Assembly: GCA_944391805.1 (NCBI GenBank)
Contig: CALXUY010000081.1
Coordinates: 5,914-69,913 of the forward strand
DNA: 64,000 bases
Direction of reading: 5' to 3'
Origin: an uncultured Clostridia bacterium
GTDB taxonomy: Bacteria; Bacillota; Clostridia; Oscillospirales; CAG-272
The notes under the pieces are model-generated. The model was not told where the DNA came from. It made no database searches and saw nothing but the letters and a program-made list of their open reading frames with translations. Each line of letters begins with the position of its first letter. The stretch's first letter is position 1. The position numbers were made by a program, and so were the translations under genes. Below, piece after piece: positions 47,386 through 56,265 of the stretch.

Positions 47386-47462
47386 AACTGTATACTCCTT
47401 TTTCTTGAAATCCCATTGGGATTTTGGATTTCAGCATTCAGTATGCACCGAATCAGGCCGGA

Positions 47463-48860
47463 TTATACATGCGGCTTGACAGGACAGCAGGTGGTCATTT
47501 CCTCCGATAGCTGCGTAAGGAAGCCGGCAAAGCAGAGCGAGGCAATAAAGGAAAGCACAAACTGCACCATCCACATCCAGCCATAGGTTTGCTGCAGGAA
47601 AATTTCGCAAATTTTGGCAGCAAGAGAAAGCGCCAGAAACACCCATACCGGAATGGTTCTCTTATGCAGCCGCAAGGCTGACAGCTCTGCCGACCACTCC
47701 GAGCCGGCCGGCCGCTGCGCCGCATACGCCAAGGCATACCGGCCGGCCATTGCCGCGAGCGCACGAACCACGAGCAAAACAAATACCACCAGCAGAATCG
47801 CCTCCAGCACGCTCAGGATCTGCACCGTCAGATACTGCTGATAGGCATTCGGCAGATAAAGCGCGTCTCTTGGGACAAACTCCTTGAGATAGCGCATATT
47901 GAGCGCGCTTCTGGCAGTTCCCACACCGATCAGGAGCAGACCGGCGGCCACACATGGGAGACGCTTTTCGACAAGCCCGCCCAGCATGAGCAGTCCACAG
48001 AAAAACAGCAACGCGCAGAACCAATCCGGCAGAACCGAATAATACATCAGGGACAGGTTGATGAAGAATACGCTGCCGACCCGAAAAAAGGTGAGCGCCG
48101 CGTTCATACGGCGGTGGAGCAGCAGGCCCGAATTGGAGAGCACCTCCTCCTCATACTCCCGGCAGAGCTGCTCTCTCCATGGCGTGTCGGATGCGGCAAG
48201 CCGCATAAAGCGGAGGTAGCGCACCAGCCAGATCACCCCAATCACACCGGAGATCACCGCGGCACCCGTCCGCAGCGGATTGGCATAGGAAAACCAATCA
48301 AATGAAAAGAAGGGATTGCCGTCGTCATACTCAAACGAGGTCAGCACGGTCAGCTCGGGCAGAAGCGTGAGCAGTGAGTGCAGGACAACAAATCTCCCGG
48401 AGGCCTTTGCCATCCGCTCGCACCATGTCCTTCCCCGTTTTTCCCGAAGCAAAACGGTTCCGCCGTGGAATTGCGCCAGAGCAGACAGGCCGCTGAAAAA
48501 CCGGCGCCACGCAGGCAGGAGATAATACCACTGAAAAACCAGCAGCACAAAGCTGAACAGAAGCACCCACATCGGCTGCTCATACTGATTGAGGGATTCG
48601 GAGGATTTCCGGAGCACCACATCCACCAAAAGCTCGGCAAGAATCTGCCCCAGCCCCACCCAGAGCATGGCGCGAAAGGCTTTTTGCGAATCCAGTAGCT
48701 GCTCGCTCCTGTCCAGATCCGCCAGCCTGGAAAGCCCCAGTAGCAACAGCAGATACCCAATGGCATCCGGCAAAATATCCATCACGCCGAGCACCGGATT
48801 CCAAAGGAAACAGCCGGCGGCAACCAGAAGCCCAAACCCCAGTTTCCGATTGCTTAACAT
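47463..48860 (-). CDS. Multi-pass membrane protein of unknown function
   Basis: The start MLSNRKLGFGLL at 48860 lies after an AAAGGAG SD. At least 10 hydrophobic segments are predicted. No family was recognised. Confidence 0.6.
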   Translation of the reverse strand: MLSNRKLGFGLLVAAGCFLWNPVLGVMDILPDAIGYLLLLLGLSRLADLDRSEQLLDSQKAFRAMLWVGLGQILAELLVDVVLRKSSESLNQYEQPMWVLLFSFVLLVFQWYYLLPAWRRFFSGLSALAQFHGGTVLLREKRGRTWCERMAKASGRFVVLHSLLTLLPELTVLTSFEYDDGNPFFSFDWFSYANPLRTGAAVISGVIGVIWLVRYLRFMRLAASDTPWREQLCREYEEEVLSNSGLLLHRRMNAALTFFRVGSVFFINLSLMYYSVLPDWFCALLFFCGLLMLGGLVEKRLPCVAAGLLLIGVGTARSALNMRYLKEFVPRDALYLPNAYQQYLTVQILSVLEAILLVVFVLLVVRALAAMAGRYALAYAAQRPAGSEWSAELSALRLHKRTIPVWVFLALSLAAKICEIFLQQTYGWMWMVQFVLSFIASLCFAGFLTQLSEEMTTCCPVKPHV

Positions 48861-49100
48861 CGTTTCTCCTTTCTGCGAAAGAGGCGGCCCGGCCTCCCTC
48901 TTCGGGAAGGCCGCGTGCGGCGCTCTCCGCAAGCGTTGTTGTCTGTACCGGGCAATATGATTCCCGGAACTCCGGCGGCCTGCCGCTCCGCATTCCCTGC
49001 AGAGGTACGGCGCATCACCAAGCCGCCGACAGGATCCGTGAACGCGTCCGGATATTGCCCTTTCCGCCGCCCGACACCGTGCGCAGGCCGCGGCCGATGA

Positions 49101-49829
49101 TTATCGTTTCTTTTTTTTCTTTCGCTGCTCGCGCTTTTCCTGCCGTTTTTTCAGGTAATTTTCGATTTCCTCGCGGTTGCTGTCGGCCGCCTTTTTCATG
49201 TTTCCCGAAAAGGTGTCGCCGATGCGGTTGAGCACGTTCCACCGGTAACGCTTGGGCTGCGGCTCCTCCTGCCCCGCGGGACAGATGTTCTTCGCGCAGG
49301 ACAGCAGCAGCAGCAGGTTGCAGACAATCCATACCAGGTTGAGCAGGTTAAGCGAAAAATTGAAATACACCCGCACACCGTCCCATGCCGGAATGGGCAG
49401 GCTGTACAGCACATACACCACACCGTACACCAATAAAATCACGGCATTCCGCACAGCGGCGGCCGAAATGCAATTCAGCTCCACCCGCATTCCAAGCTCC
49501 CGGATGGCCGAGAGGAGCGCCGCATGGAACAGCATAATGAGCAAAAACTCCACCCATGCCATGACGGTCTCCGCGCCGTGCGGCAGGAAGCTCCACAGGA
49601 AAATCTGCGAAAGATCCTCCAGCGCACGCCAGACCGCCGTAAGCAACAGCGCACAGGTCACTCCCCCGGCCCACAAAAAGGAACGGCAGTAATCCTTGAG
49701 CCGCCACAAGCCGAACAGCATCAGCCCGTACCCGACCAGCAGAGCCAGAGAACCGAGGTGCAGCGCACTTGCGGTCAGCTTGAGTACAAATGTGACGAGA
49801 TAGCCGAGCAACAGGTAGCCGAATCCCAT
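49101..49829 (-). CDS. Multi-pass membrane protein of unknown function with a Lys/Arg/Glu-rich C-terminal tail
   Basis: 242 aa with about 6 hydrophobic segments. The tail is KKAADSNREEIENYLKKRQEKREQRKKKKKR. The gene starts 30 nt after the secA stop. Confidence 0.55.
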   Translation of the reverse strand: MGFGYLLLGYLVTFVLKLTASALHLGSLALLVGYGLMLFGLWRLKDYCRSFLWAGGVTCALLLTAVWRALEDLSQIFLWSFLPHGAETVMAWVEFLLIMLFHAALLSAIRELGMRVELNCISAAAVRNAVILLVYGVVYVLYSLPIPAWDGVRVYFNFSLNLLNLVWIVCNLLLLLSCAKNICPAGQEEPQPKRYRWNVLNRIGDTFSGNMKKAADSNREEIENYLKKRQEKREQRKKKKKR

Positions 49830-49858
49830 GAATTCATATCCTTTCCGGGAATTGCCGC

Positions 49859-52618
49859 TCAGCCCTCATTGGAATTTTTGCGCATACAGCAATTCTTGTA
49901 TTTTTTCCCGCTGCCGCAGGGGCAGGGGTCGTTCCGCCCAACCGTCGCCTTGGCCACGGCGGGCACCTTTTTCTGCACCACGGTTTTCTTCTGCCCTCCG
50001 TTCTCAAAGCCCTCGGACACGGGGTTTGCCACCTGTACGCGGCGGATGGGCTGCTGCCGCGGCACGACAGACAGGATCATGCGCACGGTGTTCTGGCGGA
50101 TGTCGTTCACCATCGTATCGAACAGATCGGCCCCCTGAATGCGGTATTCGGTGACCGGGTCGCGCTGCGCGTAGGCCTGCAGGCGCACGGTGTCCTTCAG
50201 ATCCTCCATCACGTCGATGTGCTCCATCCACGCGGAGTCCACATTCCGCAGCAAAACGGCACGCTCGACCTCCCGGAAGACCTCCTCCCCGAACAGCTTC
50301 TCCTTTTCGTGGTACCGGTTGATCGCACGGGTGGTGAGCTGCTCGGAAAGCTCCTCGCGGTTCAGCGATTTCAGCTCCTCGGGCGTATAGCGGAAATCCT
50401 CCTCGGTGGTCAGGTATCCCATGAAATGCGCGCGCAGCGCGTCAAAATTCCACTCCTCGGGGCTGCCGTCTCCTGCAAAGAAGCTGACATATTCCTCGAC
50501 CGTGGAGGTGATCATCTTCTGAATCGTCTCGGAGATGTTCTCCCCGTTGAGCACATCCTGCCGCTGGCGGTAAATCAGCGTTCTCTGCTGATTCATCACG
50601 TCGTCATAAGCCAAAACGTACTTTCTGCGCTTGAAGTTCGCGTCCTCCAGACGCTTCTGCGCGCGCTCAATCGCGCCGGACAGGATTTTTGCGTCGATCG
50701 GCACATCCTCCGGCATTTTGAGCGCGGCTACAATTCCCTGCATCCGGTCGTTGACAAACAGCCGCATCAGGTCGTCCTCCATGGAAAGGTAGAACTTGGA
50801 TTCACCGCAGTCCCCCTGCCGGCCGGAGCGGCCGCGAAGCTGATTGTCAATCCGGCGGCTCTCGTGCCGCTCGGTACCGAGGATAAAGAGGCCTCCGGCA
50901 GCCTTGACCTTTTCGGCCTCGGGCGCAATCTCCTGCCTGTGCTTTTCCACCAGCTCGCGGAACTGCGCGCGCGCCTCAATCAGCTCCGGGTCGTCGGTCT
51001 CGGTCATACCGGTGCAGCGGGCAATGATCTCCTCGGGAACCCCTTTTGCGCGCAGGTCGGATTTTGCCATGAATTCCGGGTTGCCGCCCAGCAGGATATC
51101 GGTACCGCGCCCGGCCATGTTGGTGGAGATGGTAACCGCACCGAATTTACCGGCCTGCGCGACAATTTCGGCCTCCTTTGCGTGGTACTTCGCATTCAGA
51201 ACCGTGTGCGGAATGCCCTCGTTGCGCAGGCGGCGGGAAAGCTCCTCGGATTTGTCGATCGAAATGGTGCCGACCAGAACCGGCTGTCCCTTTTCGTGGC
51301 AGGCCTTGACCTGCTGGACGATGGCGTCGTACTTCCCCTTCATGCTGCGGTAAACGGCGTCGGGGTGGTCGACGCGGATCATGGGCTTGTTGGTGGGAAT
51401 TTCGATCACGTCGAGATTGTAAATCTCACGGAACTCGTTTTCCTCGGTCAGCGCGGTACCGGTCATGCCCGCGAGCTTGGTATACATGCGGAAGTAGTTC
51501 TGGAAGGTGATGGTGGCAAGCGTCTTGTTCTCCTTCTGAATCTGCACGCCCTCCTTGGCCTCAATGGCCTGGTGCAGCCCGTCAGAGTACCGCCGCCCGG
51601 GCATCAGACGGCCGGTGAAGGAATCCACAATCACCACGCCGTTTTCGTTGACCACATAGTCCACGTCCCGGTGCATACAGCCATGCGCACGGATAGCCTG
51701 GTTGATGTGATGCGCCAGCGTGGTGTTCCCCTCATCGTTCAGATTTTCAATGCCGAAGAAGGCCTCGGCCTTCCGGGCGCCCTGATCGGTGAGAATGGCG
51801 TTGTTCGCCTTTTCGTCCACGATATAATCCGCGTCGATATCATCGTGGCTCTCCTTGGCGTCCAGCTCCTTGATGACAAACTTGCGCATCGAGCGCACCA
51901 GGCGGTCGGCACGCTCGTACAGGTCGGACACCTGCTCTCCGGCGCCCGAGATGATCAGCGGCGTGCGCGCCTCGTCGATGAGGATCGAGTCCACCTCGTC
52001 CACAATGGCAAAGGCATGGCCGCGCTGCACCATCTGCTCCCGATAGATCACCATATTGTCACGCAGATAGTCAAATCCGAACTCATTGTTGGTGCCATAG
52101 GTGATGTCGGCCGCATAGGCGGCGTGCTTTTCGGCAGAGGTCTGCCCGTGCACCACAAGTCCGGTGGAGAGGCCCATGAACTCGTACACACGCCCCATCT
52201 CCTCGCAGCCCACGCGGGCCAGATAATCGTTGACCGTGACAATGTGCACGCCGTTCCCCGAGAGCGCGTTGAGGTAAGCCGGCAGAGTGGCAACCAGCGT
52301 TTTCCCTTCACCGGTTTTCATCTCGGCAATTCTGCCCTCGTGCAGAACGATGCCGCCCACCACCTGCACACGGAAGGGGCGCTTGCCCAGCACGCGGTCG
52401 TCCGCCTCCCGCACGGCAGCAAATGCGTCGGGCAGAATGTCGTCCAGCGTTTCCCCACGCTCGAGGCGCGCCTTGAGCGCAGGAGTGACCGCCTGCAGCT
52501 CGGTGTTGCTCATCGCCTTGTATTTGTCGGCAAGCGCATCGACACGGTCGGCAATGACATTGACTTTTTTGAGCTGGTGTTGGCTGTAGGTTCCGAAAAT
52601 TTTGGTCAGCAAAGACAT
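49859..52618 (-). CDS. secA: Preprotein translocase ATPase SecA
   Basis: 919 aa. Family-typical N-terminus (LTKIFGTYSQHQLKK) and DEAD-like motifs (MKTGEGKTLVATLP, DEVDSILIDEARTPLIISG). The C-terminal zinc-binding tail is CPCGSGKKYKNCC. Confidence 0.95.
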   Translation of the reverse strand: MSLLTKIFGTYSQHQLKKVNVIADRVDALADKYKAMSNTELQAVTPALKARLERGETLDDILPDAFAAVREADDRVLGKRPFRVQVVGGIVLHEGRIAEMKTGEGKTLVATLPAYLNALSGNGVHIVTVNDYLARVGCEEMGRVYEFMGLSTGLVVHGQTSAEKHAAYAADITYGTNNEFGFDYLRDNMVIYREQMVQRGHAFAIVDEVDSILIDEARTPLIISGAGEQVSDLYERADRLVRSMRKFVIKELDAKESHDDIDADYIVDEKANNAILTDQGARKAEAFFGIENLNDEGNTTLAHHINQAIRAHGCMHRDVDYVVNENGVVIVDSFTGRLMPGRRYSDGLHQAIEAKEGVQIQKENKTLATITFQNYFRMYTKLAGMTGTALTEENEFREIYNLDVIEIPTNKPMIRVDHPDAVYRSMKGKYDAIVQQVKACHEKGQPVLVGTISIDKSEELSRRLRNEGIPHTVLNAKYHAKEAEIVAQAGKFGAVTISTNMAGRGTDILLGGNPEFMAKSDLRAKGVPEEIIARCTGMTETDDPELIEARAQFRELVEKHRQEIAPEAEKVKAAGGLFILGTERHESRRIDNQLRGRSGRQGDCGESKFYLSMEDDLMRLFVNDRMQGIVAALKMPEDVPIDAKILSGAIERAQKRLEDANFKRRKYVLAYDDVMNQQRTLIYRQRQDVLNGENISETIQKMITSTVEEYVSFFAGDGSPEEWNFDALRAHFMGYLTTEEDFRYTPEELKSLNREELSEQLTTRAINRYHEKEKLFGEEVFREVERAVLLRNVDSAWMEHIDVMEDLKDTVRLQAYAQRDPVTEYRIQGADLFDTMVNDIRQNTVRMILSVVPRQQPIRRVQVANPVSEGFENGGQKKTVVQKKVPAVAKATVGRNDPCPCGSGKKYKNCCMRKNSNEG

Positions 52619-52838
52619 AATTTGTCAATCCTTTCTGTACACCGGCGGGTGCATTGCATATCATATCAGCTTATATTATACTATATTTTTTGTGGAAAGA
52701 TATGATTATATTGTAAATTTTAATGCAGGATGCAAGGTTTTTCGCGCAGCCCCTTGCAGCGGGGAGCAAAATGTGTTATGATATTGGCCGGGCAAAGGCC
52801 GCACCGCATATGCCGGCCCACCGGAAAGGGACACATCC

Positions 52839-53336
52839 ATGAACCGCATTCACATCGTTCTCCATGAGCCGGAAATTCCGCAGAACACCGGCAATATTGC
52901 CCGCACCTGCGCCGCCACAGGCGCGTCTCTGCACCTGATCCGTCCGCTCGGCTTCGCGATTGACGACAGAAAGCTCAAGCGCGCGGGGCTGGACTACTGG
53001 CACCAGCTTGACATCTCCTATTACGACGGCATGGATGACTTTTTTGCGCAGCACCCGGCGGCCGATTTTTATTGCTTTTCCACCAAGGCCAAGCAACGGT
53101 ATACCGATATTTCCTATCCCTCCGAGGTCTATCTGATGTTCGGCAAGGAGACGCGGGGACTGCCCGAGGAATTTCTGCACGCGCATCCCGACCGCTGTGT
53201 ACGCATCCCGATGCGGGAGGGGCTGCGCTCACTCAATCTCTCCAATTCGGCGGCGATTGCCGTGTACGAGGTTCTCCGCCAGCATGATTTTGCCGGGCTG
53301 AAGACTACAGGCGAGCTGACGCGTTTTGAATGGTAA
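52839..53336 (+). CDS. trmL: tRNA (cytidine/uridine-2'-O-)-methyltransferase TrmL (SpoU/TrmH family)
   Basis: The ORF starts MNRIHIVLHEPEIPQNTGNIARTCAATGASLHLIRPLGF and has the C-terminal knot motifs LNLSNSAAIAVYE. Confidence 0.85.
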   Translation: MNRIHIVLHEPEIPQNTGNIARTCAATGASLHLIRPLGFAIDDRKLKRAGLDYWHQLDISYYDGMDDFFAQHPAADFYCFSTKAKQRYTDISYPSEVYLMFGKETRGLPEEFLHAHPDRCVRIPMREGLRSLNLSNSAAIAVYEVLRQHDFAGLKTTGELTRFEW

Positions 53337-53465
53337 AATTTACGGGGAAAAGAAAAAAGGCCTTGAAAGGAGAAACACCTTTTGAAAGAGACGCCCTCCC
53401 TCCAAGCCTTCCTCCCCCCCAAGAATTTTCCACAATGCCGTTCTGTTTTTTCGCCCTGCTACTGA

Positions 53466-53510
53466 GGCGGCTCCGGAAACCGATGGTTTCCGGAGCCGCC
53501 TCGCTTTTGT
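53466..53510. terminator. Intrinsic terminator hairpin between convergent trmL and the ybaK-like gene
   Basis: GGCGGCTCCGGAAACC-GAT-GGTTTCCGGAGCCGCC (16 bp perfect stem) followed by TCGCTTTTGTT on the plus strand. Confidence 0.6.
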
Positions 53511-53992
53511 TACTCCCGTGTTTCCTGCCACCCGCGGCAGACATCCACCCAGCCCGCGGCATGGGAAAGCCGCTCCAGCTCCTCCGGCGTCAGCCTGACC
53601 GCGCTGTGGTCGCTGCCCGCTGCGGGATAAACAATCGGGAACCGCCGCAGGGAAACGTCAAGATAAACGCGGACACCTGTGTGAATGACAAACGGGCAAA
53701 CCCCGCCCGGCGCATGTCCGATGAAATGCTCCACCTCGTCCGCGGGGATCATTTTCGCCTTTGTTCGAAAGGTTTCTCTGTACTTTTGATTGTCCACACG
53801 CGCGTCACCGGCAACCACAATCAGGAGCGCACATCCGTCCGCAAGAAAGGACAGGGTTTTGGCAATCTGCCGCGTCTCGCATCCGATGGCCTCGGCAGCC
53901 TCCCCAACGGTTGCGCTGGAATGCTCCAGCAGCATCAGGCGGTCGCCCAGACCCGCATGTTCAAAATAGCCTTTGACGCTCTCATACGACAT
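53510..53992 (-). CDS. YbaK/EbsC-family aminoacyl-tRNA editing (deacylase) domain protein
   Basis: 160 aa. The TVGEAAEAIGCETRQIAKTLSF...GDARVDNQKY... pattern is typical of the YbaK/ProX family. The gene starts 18 nt after the helicase stop. Confidence 0.7.
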   Translation of the reverse strand: MSYESVKGYFEHAGLGDRLMLLEHSSATVGEAAEAIGCETRQIAKTLSFLADGCALLIVVAGDARVDNQKYRETFRTKAKMIPADEVEHFIGHAPGGVCPFVIHTGVRVYLDVSLRRFPIVYPAAGSDHSAVRLTPEELERLSHAAGWVDVCRGWQETRE

Positions 53993-54010
53993 GGCATCGG
54001 TTCTCCTTTT

Positions 54011-56245
54011 TCATGAGTATTCATCGGATATTTCCAGAATCCGCTTCCCTGCCTCGGTTCCGTTGAGCTTGTCCACCGCATAGGCATGGCGGAGCAGGTC
54101 GGCCGGGATATCATCGTCATACTTTTCAAACACCGGAATTTCGGCGCTGCCCACCAGCGCCCCGGTGTCAATCCCCTCCTGCGCCTGCTCCGCCAGCGCG
54201 GAGATCAGGTCGGCATCGCTCCCCCCTGACATTTTGAAGCTGATGAAATAGCAGCCCTCGTACTCCACACCCGTGATGCCGAAGCGCTTGGCCTGTGCCT
54301 GAATCAGGCGGCGTACCGTGCGAAAGGAACGGGTGCCCAGCCAGGGGAACAGGCACCATGAGTATCCGCCGAGATGCACCAGCGAGTGCTCCAGCATGCC
54401 GGTATTGCGCGCCACATGCCGCGCCACCTCCAGCCGCTTCTGTGCGTTGGGCTTGAGATAGGGGTAGACGGTATCCTCGGAGAGCACCTGCTTCATGCGC
54501 TCGGCAATGCGGGTGTGCACCTCGCCGAAGTCGCCCGGCCAAGAGACCTCCATCTTTCCTTCCACGCTCTTGACATAAATCAGCTTGCGCTGAATATCCA
54601 GCTCCTCCACCTCCCACACACGTCCGGCCAGTGCGAACCGGTCTCCCACCGGAGGCGGCGTGGTGATGGTGCCGATCTCGTCCGAGCCGCAGCGCACCGT
54701 GTAATCCTCGGAATCCTTGAACACCGCGTAAAATTTGAAGCTGCGCAGCAGCCGCTCGCCGGCCAGCCCCACAATCAGGGTTTTCTCCTCGGTCATCTCG
54801 AGAAAATCGTTGTTGAGCATCGAGAGCAGCAGCACCTTGTAGTCCTCCCGCGGCACACCGCCGAACGGAGGGAGGGCCAGCACCCGCTCGGCCAGCCGCC
54901 GCGCGGTCAGCTCCCCGGAGGCGGCCAGCACGCTCAGCGTCTGGTGAAACAGCAGGCTGAAGGGCAGCCTGCGCCAGGTGGGCGGCTCGATGAAGCGCTC
55001 CTCGCGGTAAAGCTGCACAATGGCAATGGCCTTGAGCAGCTCCCACGGGATCAGATGGGGCAGCGGCGTGTTGGGCAGCGGATCCTCCTCGCGGAACACC
55101 ATCATCATCTCCGGGGGCTGCCCTCGCCGCCCCGAGCGTCCCATACGCTGCAGAAAGCTCATGACCGAGTTTGGGGACTGATTCTGCAGCACCCGCTCCA
55201 GCCGGCCGATGTCGATTCCCAGCTCCATGGTCACGGTGGCGCAGGTGACGGCCAGCGTGTCCTCCTCCTTCATCTTCAGCTCCGCCTCCTCACGGATCGA
55301 GGCCGAAAGATTGCCGTGGTGAATCAGGAACACATCCGGGTCTCCCCGGACACGCGCGATCTGGCGAAAGGTGGCGCACACATATTCGGTCTCCTCCCTG
55401 GAGTTGGAAAACACCAGGGATTTTTTGTCGTGTACGCAGTCGTACATAAAGGAATACCCGGCGTCAAAGGTCGCGGCCGGCGGCGCCGGCTCGGTCTGCT
55501 CCTTCGGCTCCTTTGCCTGATCCTCACGGGTGTTCTGCACATAAAAGTGTTCCATGCCCAGACGCCAGCGCAGCCGCCCCTCCTCAAAGCGCGGGATGTC
55601 GGTCTCCCTGCCCGAGCCGGCGCTCAGCCATGCGGCGGCCTGGGGCGGGTCTCCGATGGTAGCCGAGAGCCCGACGCGGCGGGGCTGCCGGCCGATGAGC
55701 CGCCCGATGCGGGAGAGCTGGCAGAGAATCTGGTTGCCGCGGTCACTGCCGGTCAGGGTATGGATTTCATCCAGCACCACATAGCGCAAGTCTCCGAACA
55801 GACGCACCAGATCATTGTTCCGGTTGATGAGCATGGCTTCGAGCGACTCCGGCGTGATCTGCAGAATGCCGCGCGGCCGCTCGAGCAGCTTTTTCTTGTG
55901 GGACCCGGCCACATCGCCGTGCCAATGCGTGACCGGAATGCCGCTTTGCTCCAGCAGCTCCTCAATGCGGTAAAACTGATCGTTGATCAGGCTTTTGAGC
56001 GGAGCGATATACAGCGCGCCCACGCTCTGGGGCGGGTTCTCCCAAAGCTCGGTCAGAATCGGGAAGAAGGCGGCCTCGGTCTTGCCGCTGGCGGTGGAGG
56101 AGCAAAGCAGCAGATTGTGGTCGGTATTGAACAAGGTTTCGGCCGCCGCCACCTGCACGGCGCGCAGCGACTCCCAGCCGCGCGAATAGATGAACTCCCG
56201 GATAAACTCCGGGAAACGGTCAAATACGGACGTTCCCTGCGGCAT
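54011..56245 (-). CDS. Lhr/BrxHI-like DEAD/DEAH-box superfamily 2 helicase (Shango SngC-like)
   Basis: 744 aa. Motif I is SSTASGKTEAAFFP and motif II is VVLDEIHTL. Motif VI is QRMGRSGRRG. A long C-terminal Lhr-type associated domain follows. The SD GGAGGGAG precedes the ATG at 56245. Confidence 0.85.
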   Translation of the reverse strand: MPQGTSVFDRFPEFIREFIYSRGWESLRAVQVAAAETLFNTDHNLLLCSSTASGKTEAAFFPILTELWENPPQSVGALYIAPLKSLINDQFYRIEELLEQSGIPVTHWHGDVAGSHKKKLLERPRGILQITPESLEAMLINRNNDLVRLFGDLRYVVLDEIHTLTGSDRGNQILCQLSRIGRLIGRQPRRVGLSATIGDPPQAAAWLSAGSGRETDIPRFEEGRLRWRLGMEHFYVQNTREDQAKEPKEQTEPAPPAATFDAGYSFMYDCVHDKKSLVFSNSREETEYVCATFRQIARVRGDPDVFLIHHGNLSASIREEAELKMKEEDTLAVTCATVTMELGIDIGRLERVLQNQSPNSVMSFLQRMGRSGRRGQPPEMMMVFREEDPLPNTPLPHLIPWELLKAIAIVQLYREERFIEPPTWRRLPFSLLFHQTLSVLAASGELTARRLAERVLALPPFGGVPREDYKVLLLSMLNNDFLEMTEEKTLIVGLAGERLLRSFKFYAVFKDSEDYTVRCGSDEIGTITTPPPVGDRFALAGRVWEVEELDIQRKLIYVKSVEGKMEVSWPGDFGEVHTRIAERMKQVLSEDTVYPYLKPNAQKRLEVARHVARNTGMLEHSLVHLGGYSWCLFPWLGTRSFRTVRRLIQAQAKRFGITGVEYEGCYFISFKMSGGSDADLISALAEQAQEGIDTGALVGSAEIPVFEKYDDDIPADLLRHAYAVDKLNGTEAGKRILEISDEYS

Positions 56246-56265
56246 TTCCGCTCCCTCCCTTCGGT

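Noticed and set aside
47180-47437. Acidic (PEPEQ)n N-terminal extension of the 830 aa ABC ORF.
   Set aside because: In this frame the codons are almost all A-ending (GAA/CAA/CCA), contrary to the usage in the rest of the gene. The ATG at 47437 has no SD, while a good SD and ATG exist at 47179. It is kept only as an alternative hypothesis in the findings.
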